Source of the DNA: an uncultured Muribaculaceae bacterium
GTDB taxonomy: Bacteria; Pseudomonadota; Alphaproteobacteria; Rs-D84
DNA: 64,000 bases
Assembly: GCA_964619545.1 (NCBI GenBank)
Contig: CAZUED010000002.1
Span: 1,253 to 65,252 of the forward strand
Direction of reading: 5' to 3'
Shown piece after piece: positions 9,342 through 19,073 of this stretch. The translations under genes were made by a program, and so were the position numbers. The notes under the pieces were generated by a model. The model was given only the letters and a program-made list of their open reading frames with translations, searched no databases and was not told the DNA's origin. Within the stretch, counting starts at the first letter, position 1. Each line of letters begins with the position of its first letter.

Positions 9342-10976
9342 ATGAATTTTCCAAGAAACAAAAATTTTTCAACTGGTTTTGTCGGAGCGCTGTTACTGGG
9401 CGGCTGTATCGCCTTGGGTGCGGTTTTATGGAATCAGATACATGTAGAAGATGCAACGGTCAAATACGTATACCCAGAAACCAAGTTCGGAAATTATCTG
9501 GCAATAAAGCATGCCATCTGGGCCGATGATTTTCAGGCGGTAATAAAATTTTCCGAAGCATTAAAAGATTCTGATGTATCAACGGTAAAGATTGATGCAG
9601 CCATTGGGCGCTTTTTGGCTGGAAGTTTTGACGATTCCGCCAAGGTTTTAGCAGAAGAAAAATCATTGCCAGCGCGTGTCGCATATACTGCCTATCTTTT
9701 GAGGCAGGATGACTGGAGGGGTATTTACAAAATTTCAATAAAAGATAATTCACAAATCTTGTCGCCTCTGCGGATTTGGTCGGCGGTAGCCATTGGGAAA
9801 GAATCTGAAGCGTTAAAATTTATAGATCAGTTGAATACTTCCGAAAGCTGGAAACTGTTTGTGCGCGGCATGGTCTATGCGGAAACAAATCGCCCGGACA
9901 AAGCAAAGGAATTCTTTGATAAAGTGCCACTTGATTTCTTTAATCTGAATGATTATTTGTACTTGATCGCGTTTTATGAAAAGAACGGATTTGATAGTGC
10001 AGCAATAGATTTACGCGAAGAATTTTCAGCGACGCCCGGTGGATCCTTTGCCGGTGAGTATAAAGCAAATGCAGCCGATTTTATAGGAGTTAAAAAGGCG
10101 CTTTCATTTGGATTGATTCAGAATGTGTCGCATACGCCGGCTATGTCTTATTCTGGGGCTGCCTTAGTATTATTGAGATTAGCTCAGGCCGCTGACCAGG
10201 GCGAGAATGATGCAATAAATTATTATCTGGGAATGATGTTCTTTGTTTCCGATTCTGCAAACTATCCCCAGTATTTTGCAAAAGTTCGATCGACCAGTCC
10301 ATATTACCCACTGATTATGATGAAAAATGCTGAAAAAGCCGGCAATTTTAATAAAATGCGGCGCGGATTAGAAGGTGTTCTGAAAGAAAATCCGACTTTT
10401 ATGCCAGCTTTGACAAAGTTGGTTGCAATAAACTTACAGAAAGACCAGTCAAAAGATGCGTTGAAAATTGTAAATAATGCTTTGGGGCGGCCGGAAGTTT
10501 CAGAAAAAACACAATCTTATCTTTTGCGTTTGCGCGCCCGAATTTATATTGCAAGGGGTGATTTGGATAATGCAGAAGACGACCTGTTAAAGGCCGGAGA
10601 TTTGGTTCCAGAAAATCCAGAGGTTTTATCAGATATGGCTAAAATCTGGGCCGCAAAAAAAGAAAATCTGGACAGGGCATATTTATATGCAACTGCTGTG
10701 ATAAAAGATGCACCATCAGATTTGGATGGTTGGGACACTTTGGCGATGGTAGTTTGGGCGAAAGAGGACGCATCAGCTGCGGCCGAAATTCTGGAAAGGG
10801 TAGGGCGGGTTGCGGATGAAAATTCATTACTTTTCCAACACTTGGGTGATGTTCGCGCAGTGCTGGGCGATTCGCGTGGCGCAATCGAGGCGTATGAGCG
10901 TGCATTAAAACTTTCCGGCGATGGGCTGTCTTGCAGTGAAAAATGTTTGGAAAATAAAATTAAGCGCTTAAAATAA
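9342..10976 (+). CDS. Membrane-anchored TPR-repeat protein
   Basis: N-terminal hydrophobic anchor (GFVGALLLGGCIALGAVLW) followed by repeated TPR-like helical pairs. No other recognisable domain. Confidence 0.55.
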   Translation: MNFPRNKNFSTGFVGALLLGGCIALGAVLWNQIHVEDATVKYVYPETKFGNYLAIKHAIWADDFQAVIKFSEALKDSDVSTVKIDAAIGRFLAGSFDDSAKVLAEEKSLPARVAYTAYLLRQDDWRGIYKISIKDNSQILSPLRIWSAVAIGKESEALKFIDQLNTSESWKLFVRGMVYAETNRPDKAKEFFDKVPLDFFNLNDYLYLIAFYEKNGFDSAAIDLREEFSATPGGSFAGEYKANAADFIGVKKALSFGLIQNVSHTPAMSYSGAALVLLRLAQAADQGENDAINYYLGMMFFVSDSANYPQYFAKVRSTSPYYPLIMMKNAEKAGNFNKMRRGLEGVLKENPTFMPALTKLVAINLQKDQSKDALKIVNNALGRPEVSEKTQSYLLRLRARIYIARGDLDNAEDDLLKAGDLVPENPEVLSDMAKIWAAKKENLDRAYLYATAVIKDAPSDLDGWDTLAMVVWAKEDASAAAEILERVGRVADENSLLFQHLGDVRAVLGDSRGAIEAYERALKLSGDGLSCSEKCLENKIKRLK

Positions 10977-11015
10977 TTTGCAATTTATTATAAATTTGTT
11001 ATAATCGGCCACGCT

Positions 11016-11092
11016 GGACGCGTAGCTCAGTTGGTTAGAGTATCTCCTTGACATGGAGGGGGTCGGAAGTTCGAGTCTTCTCGCGTCCACCA
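11016..11092 (+). tRNA. tRNA-Val (anticodon GAC)
   Basis: Cloverleaf GGACGCG...CGCGTCC-A-CCA. Anticodon loop TTGACAT. T-loop GGTCGGAAGTTCGAGTC. Encoded CCA. Confidence 0.9.
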
Positions 11093-11236
11093 GAATTTAT
11101 AATCTATGACACACAAAGTTAAGATTTTTTCCGTTTTGTTCATGATGCGCCGTGGCGCATAATTATTCTATATCCCCATATTTCTATTTTACATTTGCCG
11201 TTTTACAATTTACACTTTCAATGAAAGGAAATTTTT

Positions 11237-12910
11237 ATGAATAAAAAATACTTGATAACCAGTGCATTGCCTTATGTAAATGCTATGCCTCATATCGGAA
11301 ATTTTGTAGGCAGCGTTTTGCCTGCTGATGTTTATGCCAGATTTATGCGCGCGCTCCATGGCGCAGAAAATGTTTTATTTGTCTGTGGTGCGGATGCTCA
11401 CGGCAGCCCTGTTGTTATCAGTGCCAAGAAAGAAAATATGCAGGTTGCTGAATTGGTTGAAAAGTATCAATCGCTGCATTCCAAAATCTTTAATGATTTT
11501 AGTGTGTCTTTTGACGGGGGGTACGGAACTACCCATACTAATGAGCAAACGCAGCTGGTTCATGAATTATTTGCCGCCTTAGATAAAAACGGATTCATTG
11601 AAGAAAAAACTACTATTCAGCCATATTCTGTTGATGACGGAATGTTCTTGGCAGACCGCCAGATTGAAGGAATTTGCCCAAAATGTGGATATGAAAAGGC
11701 TAGGGGGGATCAATGCGATAAATGTGGCGAATTATTGGATCCATCAGATTTAATAAATCCACGTGCGGTGGAAAGTGGTAGCCACAACATTGAAATGCGC
11801 GAAACAAAAAACTTGTTCTATCGCGCAGACAAAGTTAAAGTCGATGTTGAAAATTGGTTTAATCAAACGGCTGAAAAAAATGGTTGGTCAAAATATGCAA
11901 TTGGCGCAACCAAAAAATACCTGTCCGAAGATGTTCCGAACCCATCAATTACTCGCGATTTACCTTGGGGGATTCCAGTAAATAAACAAGGATATGAAGA
12001 TAAAGTTTTTTATGTCTGGTTTGATGCGCCTTGGGGTTATGTTTCGATTTCCAAGCGTGCGAATAAAGATTGGGTCCAGTGGTGGCATGGCGGGGAAAAT
12101 TGCCATTACACTCAATTTATGGGTAAGGATAATATAAAGTTTCATTCGTTGTTTTTCCCGGGTCAGATGTTTGCCTGGGCGGACGCAAATTGGAAAAAAG
12201 TCGATGTATTAAAGGGGCTTTGCTTCCTGAATTTCGAAGGCGATAAAATTTCTAAAAGCCGTGGCGCAGCATTGGCACTGGATAAAGTTTTGGAGGATGT
12301 GTCGGTCGATTGCTGGCGGTATGCTTTGATGGCATCCGCGCCGGAAACAGACGACACAGACTTTACAATTCAGCGCTTTGCAGATGTGGTTAATAAAGAT
12401 CTTAATGGAATTCTAGGGAACTTTGTTTCACGTGTTTGTAAAATTACCGAAAAGAATTTTGGCGGCAACGTTCCAAATAAATCAGATAATTTTGATACCG
12501 AGCTGGAACAAACATTAAATTCCAGACTTGCCGATTTAACAGCTGCATTGGAAGCATGTGAATTTCGTAAATCGATTGAGGTATTGCGTTCGCTTTGGGC
12601 CGCAGGTAACGAATTTTTTACCAAGGCAGAACCATGGGTTTTAATTAAAACAGATGCGGCAGCAGCCGGCGCGGTACTGAATGAATGTTTCCAGCTGATT
12701 GATTTTTATGCACGTATTTCTGCGCCGATAATTCCAAATTCTGCGGAAAAAATGCAAAACATTTTTGCATGCAAGCAAGATTTATCTTGGCCGAAAAAAT
12801 ACGAACGCAGAATTGCAGATAATTCAGAATTTATCGTGCCTGAAAATCTTTTTACTCGTATAGATGACGAAAAAATCGCTGTCATGGTTGAAAAGTATGT
12901 AAAAAAATAA
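11237..12910 (+). CDS. metG: Methionyl-tRNA synthetase
   Basis: HIGN (HIGH) motif at the N-terminus and KISKS (KMSKS) motif. Zinc knuckle CPKCG...CDKCG. At 557 aa it lacks the C-terminal tRNA-binding extension. Confidence 0.9.
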   Translation: MNKKYLITSALPYVNAMPHIGNFVGSVLPADVYARFMRALHGAENVLFVCGADAHGSPVVISAKKENMQVAELVEKYQSLHSKIFNDFSVSFDGGYGTTHTNEQTQLVHELFAALDKNGFIEEKTTIQPYSVDDGMFLADRQIEGICPKCGYEKARGDQCDKCGELLDPSDLINPRAVESGSHNIEMRETKNLFYRADKVKVDVENWFNQTAEKNGWSKYAIGATKKYLSEDVPNPSITRDLPWGIPVNKQGYEDKVFYVWFDAPWGYVSISKRANKDWVQWWHGGENCHYTQFMGKDNIKFHSLFFPGQMFAWADANWKKVDVLKGLCFLNFEGDKISKSRGAALALDKVLEDVSVDCWRYALMASAPETDDTDFTIQRFADVVNKDLNGILGNFVSRVCKITEKNFGGNVPNKSDNFDTELEQTLNSRLADLTAALEACEFRKSIEVLRSLWAAGNEFFTKAEPWVLIKTDAAAAGAVLNECFQLIDFYARISAPIIPNSAEKMQNIFACKQDLSWPKKYERRIADNSEFIVPENLFTRIDDEKIAVMVEKYVKK

Positions 12911-12915
12911 ACCAA

Positions 12916-13440
12916 ATGAATCAAACAGACAAAATAGTTTTAATGTCTTGTTGTGCGCCTTGTTCTTGCGGTGCCATTAACCAACTGAAAGAGCAGGGTG
13001 CAAATTTTATTGTTTTGTTTTTTAATCCGAACATTTTTCCAGAGTCCGAGTATCAAAAAAGACTGGTCGAGCAGATAAAATACTGCGATGCAAACGGCGT
13101 AAAATACCATGTTGGCGAATATAATCATGATGATTGGTTGCGCTGCGTCAGCGGACTGGAAAGCCAGCCTGAACGGGGGCATCGCTGCGCCCGTTGTTTC
13201 AAGATGCGGTTTGAATATGGGGATAAATTTGCACGTGAAAACGGATACAATAAAATAATGTCAGTTTTTGGGGTATCAAAACACAAAGATCAAAAGCAAG
13301 TTGATGAAGCAGCGGCAAATGTATCAGTTGAATATGTTTCGTTTCCATGGGAAGAACAACTGCGTCAAAAAATAAATCACGAATCTGATTTTTATCGGCA
13401 AAATTATTGCGGTTGTGAATTCAGCCAAAGAAAAAATTAG
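12916..13440 (+). CDS. queH: Epoxyqueuosine reductase QueH (DUF208)
   Basis: CCAPCS motif near the N-terminus plus the conserved C-terminal Cys pair (YCGCEFS). Confidence 0.75.
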   Translation: MNQTDKIVLMSCCAPCSCGAINQLKEQGANFIVLFFNPNIFPESEYQKRLVEQIKYCDANGVKYHVGEYNHDDWLRCVSGLESQPERGHRCARCFKMRFEYGDKFARENGYNKIMSVFGVSKHKDQKQVDEAAANVSVEYVSFPWEEQLRQKINHESDFYRQNYCGCEFSQRKN

Positions 13441-14780
13441 TCAAACGGATTTTCGGATTTTCTATATTCTATGAAAATAGGCAACTGCTCCCAGTCCATG
13501 GCCTTGGCAATGCCCTTACGCAGGTATCTGGTATAGCTTTCCGGCACATCAGATGCGCCACCTACATGAATTGCAATTTTTATCGGGTTGGTTGAAAACT
13601 GGCTGACGAATTTGATTTTCATTGGGCGCTTTAACCGCGACATTGGGGGTTGACGAGCCTCGATCAGTTTTTCAACCGTTCGGTTCAGCAGCGAAGTTGG
13701 TGCGCGATTCTCCATAATGTCATGTAACTGGAATACCCGTCGCATCAGGTTTTTGACACCAGTTCCGCTTTCCGCTGATATAGGCAAAATCATTGGTCGT
13801 ATGATTTGGAAAAAAGAATTCTTGAATTGGTGTTTTAACTTTAACAATTTTTCTTCGCGTACTTCTGGTTCAATCAAATCCCATTTGTTCAGTGCAATTG
13901 CCAGTATTTTTCCGGCGTCATAAACACGTGCAGCAATTCCCAAAGTTTGATTTTCAATGTTGCCAGTTGCATCCACCACCAAAATAACCGCATCTGTTTT
14001 TTCCAAAGCGTCCAAAGACTTTAACGCTGACAAAGTTTCTAATCCATCGGTAATGTTTGATTTGCGACGAAGTCCTGCCGTATCATTGATTATTAAATCG
14101 CGATTCAGATACTTTGCCTTTATCGCAATTGTATCACGAGTAACACCAGGTTCGTCCCGCACAATAACCCGTTTTTCACCCAAAATTTGATTTACCAAAG
14201 TTGATTTTCCAACGTTGGGCTGTCCCATAATTGTGACGCGTATCGCCGCGTCGATGGATGAAGGATTAGGGATGACGGATAAAGGTTTCAGTTCTTTTAT
14301 AAAATCATAAATTTTATCAAGTCCTTGTTTGTGTTCCGCGCTGATTGGAAAAGGCTGTCCGAAACCCAGTTTATAAAAATCTGAAAGATCTGCTGCGCGT
14401 TTAGTTGATTCTAATTTATTTGCCAATAACAAAACTTTACTTTTGTTTTTAGATACTTGTCTTCTTACGCTTTTTGCCCATTCTAAATCTTGGGCAGTAA
14501 CACCAACGCGTCCATCTACAATAAATAAAATCACATCTGCCAGATTTATTGCGTGCATTGCAAATTCAGTTGATTGTTTTTCTATTTCGGATCCTTTGGC
14601 CTCGAGTCCTGCGGTATCCATCAGCTCGAATTCCAGGTCTCCAATTTGGGCAGTGCCGGTCAAAACGTCGCGGGTAACACCCGGTCGGTCATGAACCAAC
14701 GCATCGCGTGAACGTGTCAACGCGTTGAACAGAGTAGATTTCCCAGTGTTTGGACGACCGGCTATTGCAACTTTTAGCAT
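13437..14780 (-). CDS. der: Ribosome-biogenesis GTPase Der (EngA), tandem GTPase domains
   Basis: Two G domains (GRPNTGKST and GQPNVGKST) and a KH-like C-terminus. Convergent 4-nt overlap with queH. Confidence 0.9.
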   Translation of the reverse strand: MLKVAIAGRPNTGKSTLFNALTRSRDALVHDRPGVTRDVLTGTAQIGDLEFELMDTAGLEAKGSEIEKQSTEFAMHAINLADVILFIVDGRVGVTAQDLEWAKSVRRQVSKNKSKVLLLANKLESTKRAADLSDFYKLGFGQPFPISAEHKQGLDKIYDFIKELKPLSVIPNPSSIDAAIRVTIMGQPNVGKSTLVNQILGEKRVIVRDEPGVTRDTIAIKAKYLNRDLIINDTAGLRRKSNITDGLETLSALKSLDALEKTDAVILVVDATGNIENQTLGIAARVYDAGKILAIALNKWDLIEPEVREEKLLKLKHQFKNSFFQIIRPMILPISAESGTGVKNLMRRVFQLHDIMENRAPTSLLNRTVEKLIEARQPPMSRLKRPMKIKFVSQFSTNPIKIAIHVGGASDVPESYTRYLRKGIAKAMDWEQLPIFIEYRKSENPFD

Positions 14781-14848
14781 GATTTTTCCTATTGAAATTT
14801 TTGTTTGTTGGCTTTATTATAGCCTCAAGAGATAGGAAAGGCAAAAAA

Positions 14849-15445
14849 ATGATTGCAAAGTTTAAAAGCTGGTTCCAGCACATAATTCATATTCTAACCC
14901 AGCCCAGACGTTTCTTTTCCAAAATTGTCGCTGATGGTAATTTGGAAGAATCCATGTTAAAGGCATTTATGTACGGTTTGCTGGGTGGAATTGCAGTATT
15001 GGCGTTACAATTGATTGGTGGTGCAACGATCACATTTGCAGTTGTATTTTCCAAACTTATCGTTGTTCCAGTGTTGGCTGTTGCCTTGCTGTTCTTGTTG
15101 GCTGGTATGATGATGATGGTGTCTGAAATAACTGGAGGCGAGCGTGATTGGGAAATTGCAGTAAAAGGATTAGCATCAGTGTTCTTTATCTATCCGGTGA
15201 TTTTGGTATTGAATTCTTTGGCTTGGAATTGTACAACTCTTTGGATTGTTAGTCTTTTGGTCGATGTATATGTTTTATTCCTGCTTTACAACATCGGTGT
15301 GTATTGCATGAAAGGCAACAAGACAAAGGTTATTATGGTAATCAGTGCATTTGCAATTTTTGCAATAACAATCTATGTGACTGATTATAGACTGGGCTGG
15401 TTTATGTTGAAAAATACCGGCGCAGCGCTGAAATGTTTAGTATAA
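14849..15445 (+). CDS. Small polytopic membrane protein, possibly Yip1-like
   Basis: Hydrophilic N-terminus followed by about five TM helices. No catalytic motif. ATG at 14849 preferred over the upstream in-frame start. Confidence 0.4.
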   Translation: MIAKFKSWFQHIIHILTQPRRFFSKIVADGNLEESMLKAFMYGLLGGIAVLALQLIGGATITFAVVFSKLIVVPVLAVALLFLLAGMMMMVSEITGGERDWEIAVKGLASVFFIYPVILVLNSLAWNCTTLWIVSLLVDVYVLFLLYNIGVYCMKGNKTKVIMVISAFAIFAITIYVTDYRLGWFMLKNTGAALKCLV

Positions 15446-15469
15446 AAAATCCCGCTTTGCGGGATTTTA
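15446..15469. terminator. Bidirectional rho-independent terminator between the convergent membrane-protein gene and the porin gene
   Basis: ATCCCGC-TTT-GCGGGAT hairpin flanked by an A-run and a T-run. Confidence 0.7.
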
Positions 15470-15470
15470 A

Positions 15471-16583
15471 TCAGAATTTTAACATCAATCCGGCCGATAT
15501 AAATGGTGATGTGTGTTTTGCTGAAACAATTCCACCACTGGTCCAGACATTCCAGAACTGATCAATTTTATAACGAATCGATACTATACCAGTGTTGGCA
15601 AAATAATCGCTTTCATCATGAAAAACCCCAACTTGGGATAACATATAAGAAGCCGATGCAGACCATTTCAGAAAGTCATAGCTGACACCAGTTCCAAATG
15701 CCAAACCATCCGAAAGTGCACCGATTGGATTTTGGTCATAAACAGCCTTGGCTGAAACTCCCCATATCCAGCTGTTGTATTGTAAATTCATTCCAGTAGA
15801 AACTGCCCCGCGCCAATCCGCGGTGGTTCGTGGGGCATAAATTTCACCAATTAAATTATCAGGATTATCTATGAATGAAGCTCCAAGCGATAACGCCATT
15901 TTCGTTTTTCCAGCAGCCTTTTTATATTTAATTCCAAAATCTGTCGCGCTGTCGAAATGTTGGTTCTTTGGCGCGAATGAAAAACCAAATTGAATTGGTC
16001 CAGGCACGCTGACCACATTTGCGCGCAGTGCTGATGAAGTGTCGGAAATTATAGTTTCAGAAATCATAGGTGATGGGTTTGCAAAATCATAAACCAGTGG
16101 ATCGCGTCCGATTCGCATCCCTCCTACATCAGGTAGCCCCAATCCCAGTTTGGTTGCTATGCTATCGGTCCAGCCCAGCTCCAGTCGCCCCCATGGTGTC
16201 TGGGTGTATCCAAATGCATCCATAAAAGGATCTTCTCGGTCCAGATTCCATGCGCTGTGTGAAACTACCGCGCCAAATAACCAGTTGTCTGATTTACGAT
16301 AACTGGCCTGGGCACGTACTTGCCAATCATTCATTATTCCAGAATCTTCGTCAGTCTGCACACCGCCGGCCATGCCATATCCAGACAAATTAAAATTCCA
16401 TTTGCCGTAATTGTTTTCCAATGCTTCAGCCGTGTTTGTGCAAAACACAAAACTTAATGAGCAAAGAGCAAATAACAAAGAGCGAATATGGCAACGGCAT
16501 TCGCCGACATTTTTATAATTATTAAATTGTGCGCGCAGCGAACACGTTAATTGCTCTTGGCTCTTTGCTCTTTGCTCTTTCAT
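15471..16583 (-). CDS. Outer-membrane beta-barrel porin-like protein
   Basis: Signal-like segment LLFALCSLSFVFCTNTAEA, alternating amphipathic beta-strands, and a C-terminal GLMLKF with terminal Phe. The ATG at 16583 overlaps the rpoH stop and lies inside a heptamer repeat. The true start may be the in-frame TTG just before the signal peptide. Confidence 0.6.
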   Translation of the reverse strand: MKEQRAKSQEQLTCSLRAQFNNYKNVGECRCHIRSLLFALCSLSFVFCTNTAEALENNYGKWNFNLSGYGMAGGVQTDEDSGIMNDWQVRAQASYRKSDNWLFGAVVSHSAWNLDREDPFMDAFGYTQTPWGRLELGWTDSIATKLGLGLPDVGGMRIGRDPLVYDFANPSPMISETIISDTSSALRANVVSVPGPIQFGFSFAPKNQHFDSATDFGIKYKKAAGKTKMALSLGASFIDNPDNLIGEIYAPRTTADWRGAVSTGMNLQYNSWIWGVSAKAVYDQNPIGALSDGLAFGTGVSYDFLKWSASASYMLSQVGVFHDESDYFANTGIVSIRYKIDQFWNVWTSGGIVSAKHTSPFISAGLMLKF

Positions 16584-17476
16584 TTTTTGCTTCCCTCATT
16601 GTCTTGCAAAATGGCTTTCTGTAATTTTTCAAATGCGCGTTCTTCTATCTGGCGAACACGCTCGCGCGAGATTCCATATTCATTTGCCAGTTGTTCCAAT
16701 GTTTTAGCAGGCTGGACAAGTCTGCGTGCGGTCAAAATTTCACGATCTCTTTCAGATAAATCAGCCAAGTGCTTTTTCAAAAGCGCCATACCATTTTTTC
16801 GTGTTTGAAATGCAGACAGGCGGTCTTCAATAGATTCTGTTTCGTCTTCCAGATTAGAAAGAATGTCGGACGAATCGGAATCGGCACGGGCCGGCGCATT
16901 CAATGAAACATCGCGCGCACCAATTCTTTGTGCCATGCGGGCCACATCATTTTCACCAACATCTAAATACTCGGCAATTTGCTTAGCTTCGTCTGGGGAA
17001 ATGTTGCTGTTCATAATTCCCAATGCCCGTTTAGCCCGTGCCAAGTTAAAGAATACGCGTTTCTGATTCGCAGAAGTTCCAATTTTTACCATCGACCAGT
17101 TAGACAAGATCAGATCGTACATTTCTGCCTTGACCCAAAACATTGCGTAAGTAGAAAATCGAAATCCCTTTTCAGGATCAAATTTTTGAAGGGCTTGCAT
17201 CAAACCCAGATTGCCAGATGCAATAAGTTCAGAAACTGGAATGCCGTAATTCTTGAACTCATATGCGACAGCCACTACCAATCGCAAATGCGATGTTATT
17301 AATTTTTCTGCCGCTTCTGCATCATGTGCGCTAGCCCATGCATTTGCATATTCATATTCTTGTGAAGCGGTAAGTATAGGGTACCTTTTGATATAATCAA
17401 TATAGCGCGCCAAAGAATAGTCGTCAGATATGGCGGGAAGGTTTGTATTATTGATTACGGGTAGTGTTTCGGACAT
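16580..17476 (-). CDS. rpoH: RNA polymerase sigma-32 factor RpoH
   Basis: Sigma-70 regions 2 and 4 and the RpoH box (QRKLFFNLR-like QKRVFFNLARAKR). The ORF extends upstream to 17641, but the conserved protein starts at MSETLPV (ATG 17476). Confidence 0.9.
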   Translation of the reverse strand: MSETLPVINNTNLPAISDDYSLARYIDYIKRYPILTASQEYEYANAWASAHDAEAAEKLITSHLRLVVAVAYEFKNYGIPVSELIASGNLGLMQALQKFDPEKGFRFSTYAMFWVKAEMYDLILSNWSMVKIGTSANQKRVFFNLARAKRALGIMNSNISPDEAKQIAEYLDVGENDVARMAQRIGARDVSLNAPARADSDSSDILSNLEDETESIEDRLSAFQTRKNGMALLKKHLADLSERDREILTARRLVQPAKTLEQLANEYGISRERVRQIEERAFEKLQKAILQDNEGSKK

Positions 17477-17565
17477 AAATACATTATAAGTCAGCCAGTG
17501 ATGAAAATCAACTTGCAGGGAGTGGATAAAATTACTATGATTTTCTAAAATCAAAAGGACAAAAA

Positions 17566-18249
17566 ATGGCGAATATGTTGTCGCGGAATAAAAACATAAA
17601 ACCCGCAAAGAAAACCCAAGAAGATCATGCCGAAGACGCACTTTATCGCGAAATCAGCGAAGAGGTTCATGCAGAAAAACTTTACAGCTTTGTAAAAAAG
17701 CATCTGCGTTTGGTTATAGCAGGCGCAATTTTAATAGTTATCACAGCAATCGGGATACAGCTGTACTTGCATCAGCGAAATGTTGCACGCGATTCTGGTG
17801 CCCGTCTTTTCGAGTCTGCATTGATTTCAGGCGCAAATGGTGATTTTGACAAGGCCCAAGATGCATTTGCGCGTGCTGCGGCAAAATCAGACAGAGGTAT
17901 GGCTGATTTGGCATTATGGGAATCGGCAATGATGGGTTTGCGTGGCGGCAAGGGTACGGCAAAGCTGGAACAACTGGCCGCAGATGGCGCAACGCGGGAT
18001 TTTCGCGATTTAGCCCTGATAAGATTGTCAGTGATTTCTGGCAATAAAATGGATAGTGCACAGATGGAAAAATTCTTATCGCCTGTTTTAACTGATCGTT
18101 CTCCATTCTATTACACCGGTATGCTTCTGGTTGCCCAGAAGTATTTGGCGTCCGGAGATTCAGCTTCAGCAGACAAATGGCTGAATAAAATAATCAACGA
18201 CAAAAATGCGCCATCCAGTATTTCTGCGATGGCACAAATGCTTCGTTAG
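17566..18249 (+). CDS. YfgM-like membrane-anchored TPR-like protein (ancillary SecYEG/Bam partner family)
   Basis: Single TM anchor (LRLVIAGAILIVITAIGIQLYL) followed by a helical TPR-like domain. Conserved position immediately upstream of a bamB-like gene. Confidence 0.55.
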   Translation: MANMLSRNKNIKPAKKTQEDHAEDALYREISEEVHAEKLYSFVKKHLRLVIAGAILIVITAIGIQLYLHQRNVARDSGARLFESALISGANGDFDKAQDAFARAAAKSDRGMADLALWESAMMGLRGGKGTAKLEQLAADGATRDFRDLALIRLSVISGNKMDSAQMEKFLSPVLTDRSPFYYTGMLLVAQKYLASGDSASADKWLNKIINDKNAPSSISAMAQMLR

Positions 18250-18291
18250 AGCATAAGTTATAAGCAATAGATTATCAAAAGAAGTAAGTCC

Positions 18292-19071
18292 GTGAAATTA
18301 AAATTATTTTTTATCTATACCCTATGCCTTGTGCCTTGTGCCTTGTTAAGTGCTTGCTCGAAACCTGATCCGATTCTGCCGGGCTTACGGACACCTATAT
18401 TTGGTGCGACGGCAAATTCAACACTTTTGGGTGCAATTCCAGAAAAAGTTTTATCAGATAGTTTCTCACGGATAAAAGTTACAAATATGCAAAATGATTA
18501 CGAACAAAATCTGAATAATGAGGTTTTCCAAGTTTTACCTGATGGCACGAAAAGAAAAATTTTTGCAGGATTTCCAACAAATGACAAAATCGAAGTTAAG
18601 CGCGCACCTGTTTTTTATAAAAATTTCGTGTATGCGGGGCTGACGACAGGCGAACTGATAAAAATAAACCCGAAAAACCGCGAAGTTGTTTGGATTGCAG
18701 ACATTTATAAAGATTTAGATATGTTAGGCGGTGGTTCGATTTTGGACATTGTTGCCCCAGTTGTCATAGACGAAGACCGGTTGTTTACTGGTGGAATGGG
18801 CCGCGCTTTTTGTCAGATAAATATCCAAAACGGCAACAAAAAATGGTGTGCAGACATTTCTGTGGCGGGGCCGTTTTTGATTGCGGGCGATTTAGCCTTT
18901 GTGATAGGCGCGGATGAAAACCTTTATGCAATTAATACCGGGAATGGGTCTGTTTATTGGATTGCCCAAATAGATGAAACATCTGCACCACAGCTGAAAT
19001 CAAAAGATGGAAAATTTATATTAGATGTTGATGGTCAGCAATTTGATGCAACGACTGGACAACCCAAGTAA
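18292..19071 (+). CDS. bamB: BamB-like PQQ-repeat beta-propeller lipoprotein (short)
   Basis: Lipoprotein signal with an LLSAC lipobox. Repeated Y/W-x-hydrophobic beta-propeller blades (VVWIADIY, VYWIAQID). GTG start. At 259 aa it is short for BamB. Confidence 0.55.
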   Translation: MKLKLFFIYTLCLVPCALLSACSKPDPILPGLRTPIFGATANSTLLGAIPEKVLSDSFSRIKVTNMQNDYEQNLNNEVFQVLPDGTKRKIFAGFPTNDKIEVKRAPVFYKNFVYAGLTTGELIKINPKNREVVWIADIYKDLDMLGGGSILDIVAPVVIDEDRLFTGGMGRAFCQINIQNGNKKWCADISVAGPFLIAGDLAFVIGADENLYAINTGNGSVYWIAQIDETSAPQLKSKDGKFILDVDGQQFDATTGQPK

Positions 19072-19073
19072 AA

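Noticed and set aside
12421-12436. TGTTTCACGTGTTTG resembling a parS half-site inside metG
   Set aside because: Only the left half matches the parS palindrome TGTTTCACGTGAAACA. The right arm is not complementary. It is probably a chance match within coding sequence.
16553-16581. Possibility that the short tandem repeats are a CRISPR array
   Set aside because: The units are 7 nt, directly abutting, and only three copies. There are no spacers and no cas genes anywhere in the window. They are simple sequence repeats.
16580-17641. Extended 353-aa RpoH ORF
   Set aside because: The additional 55 N-terminal residues are hydrophobic and unlike any sigma-32. The conserved protein begins at MSETLPV (17476), giving a normal 298-aa RpoH.
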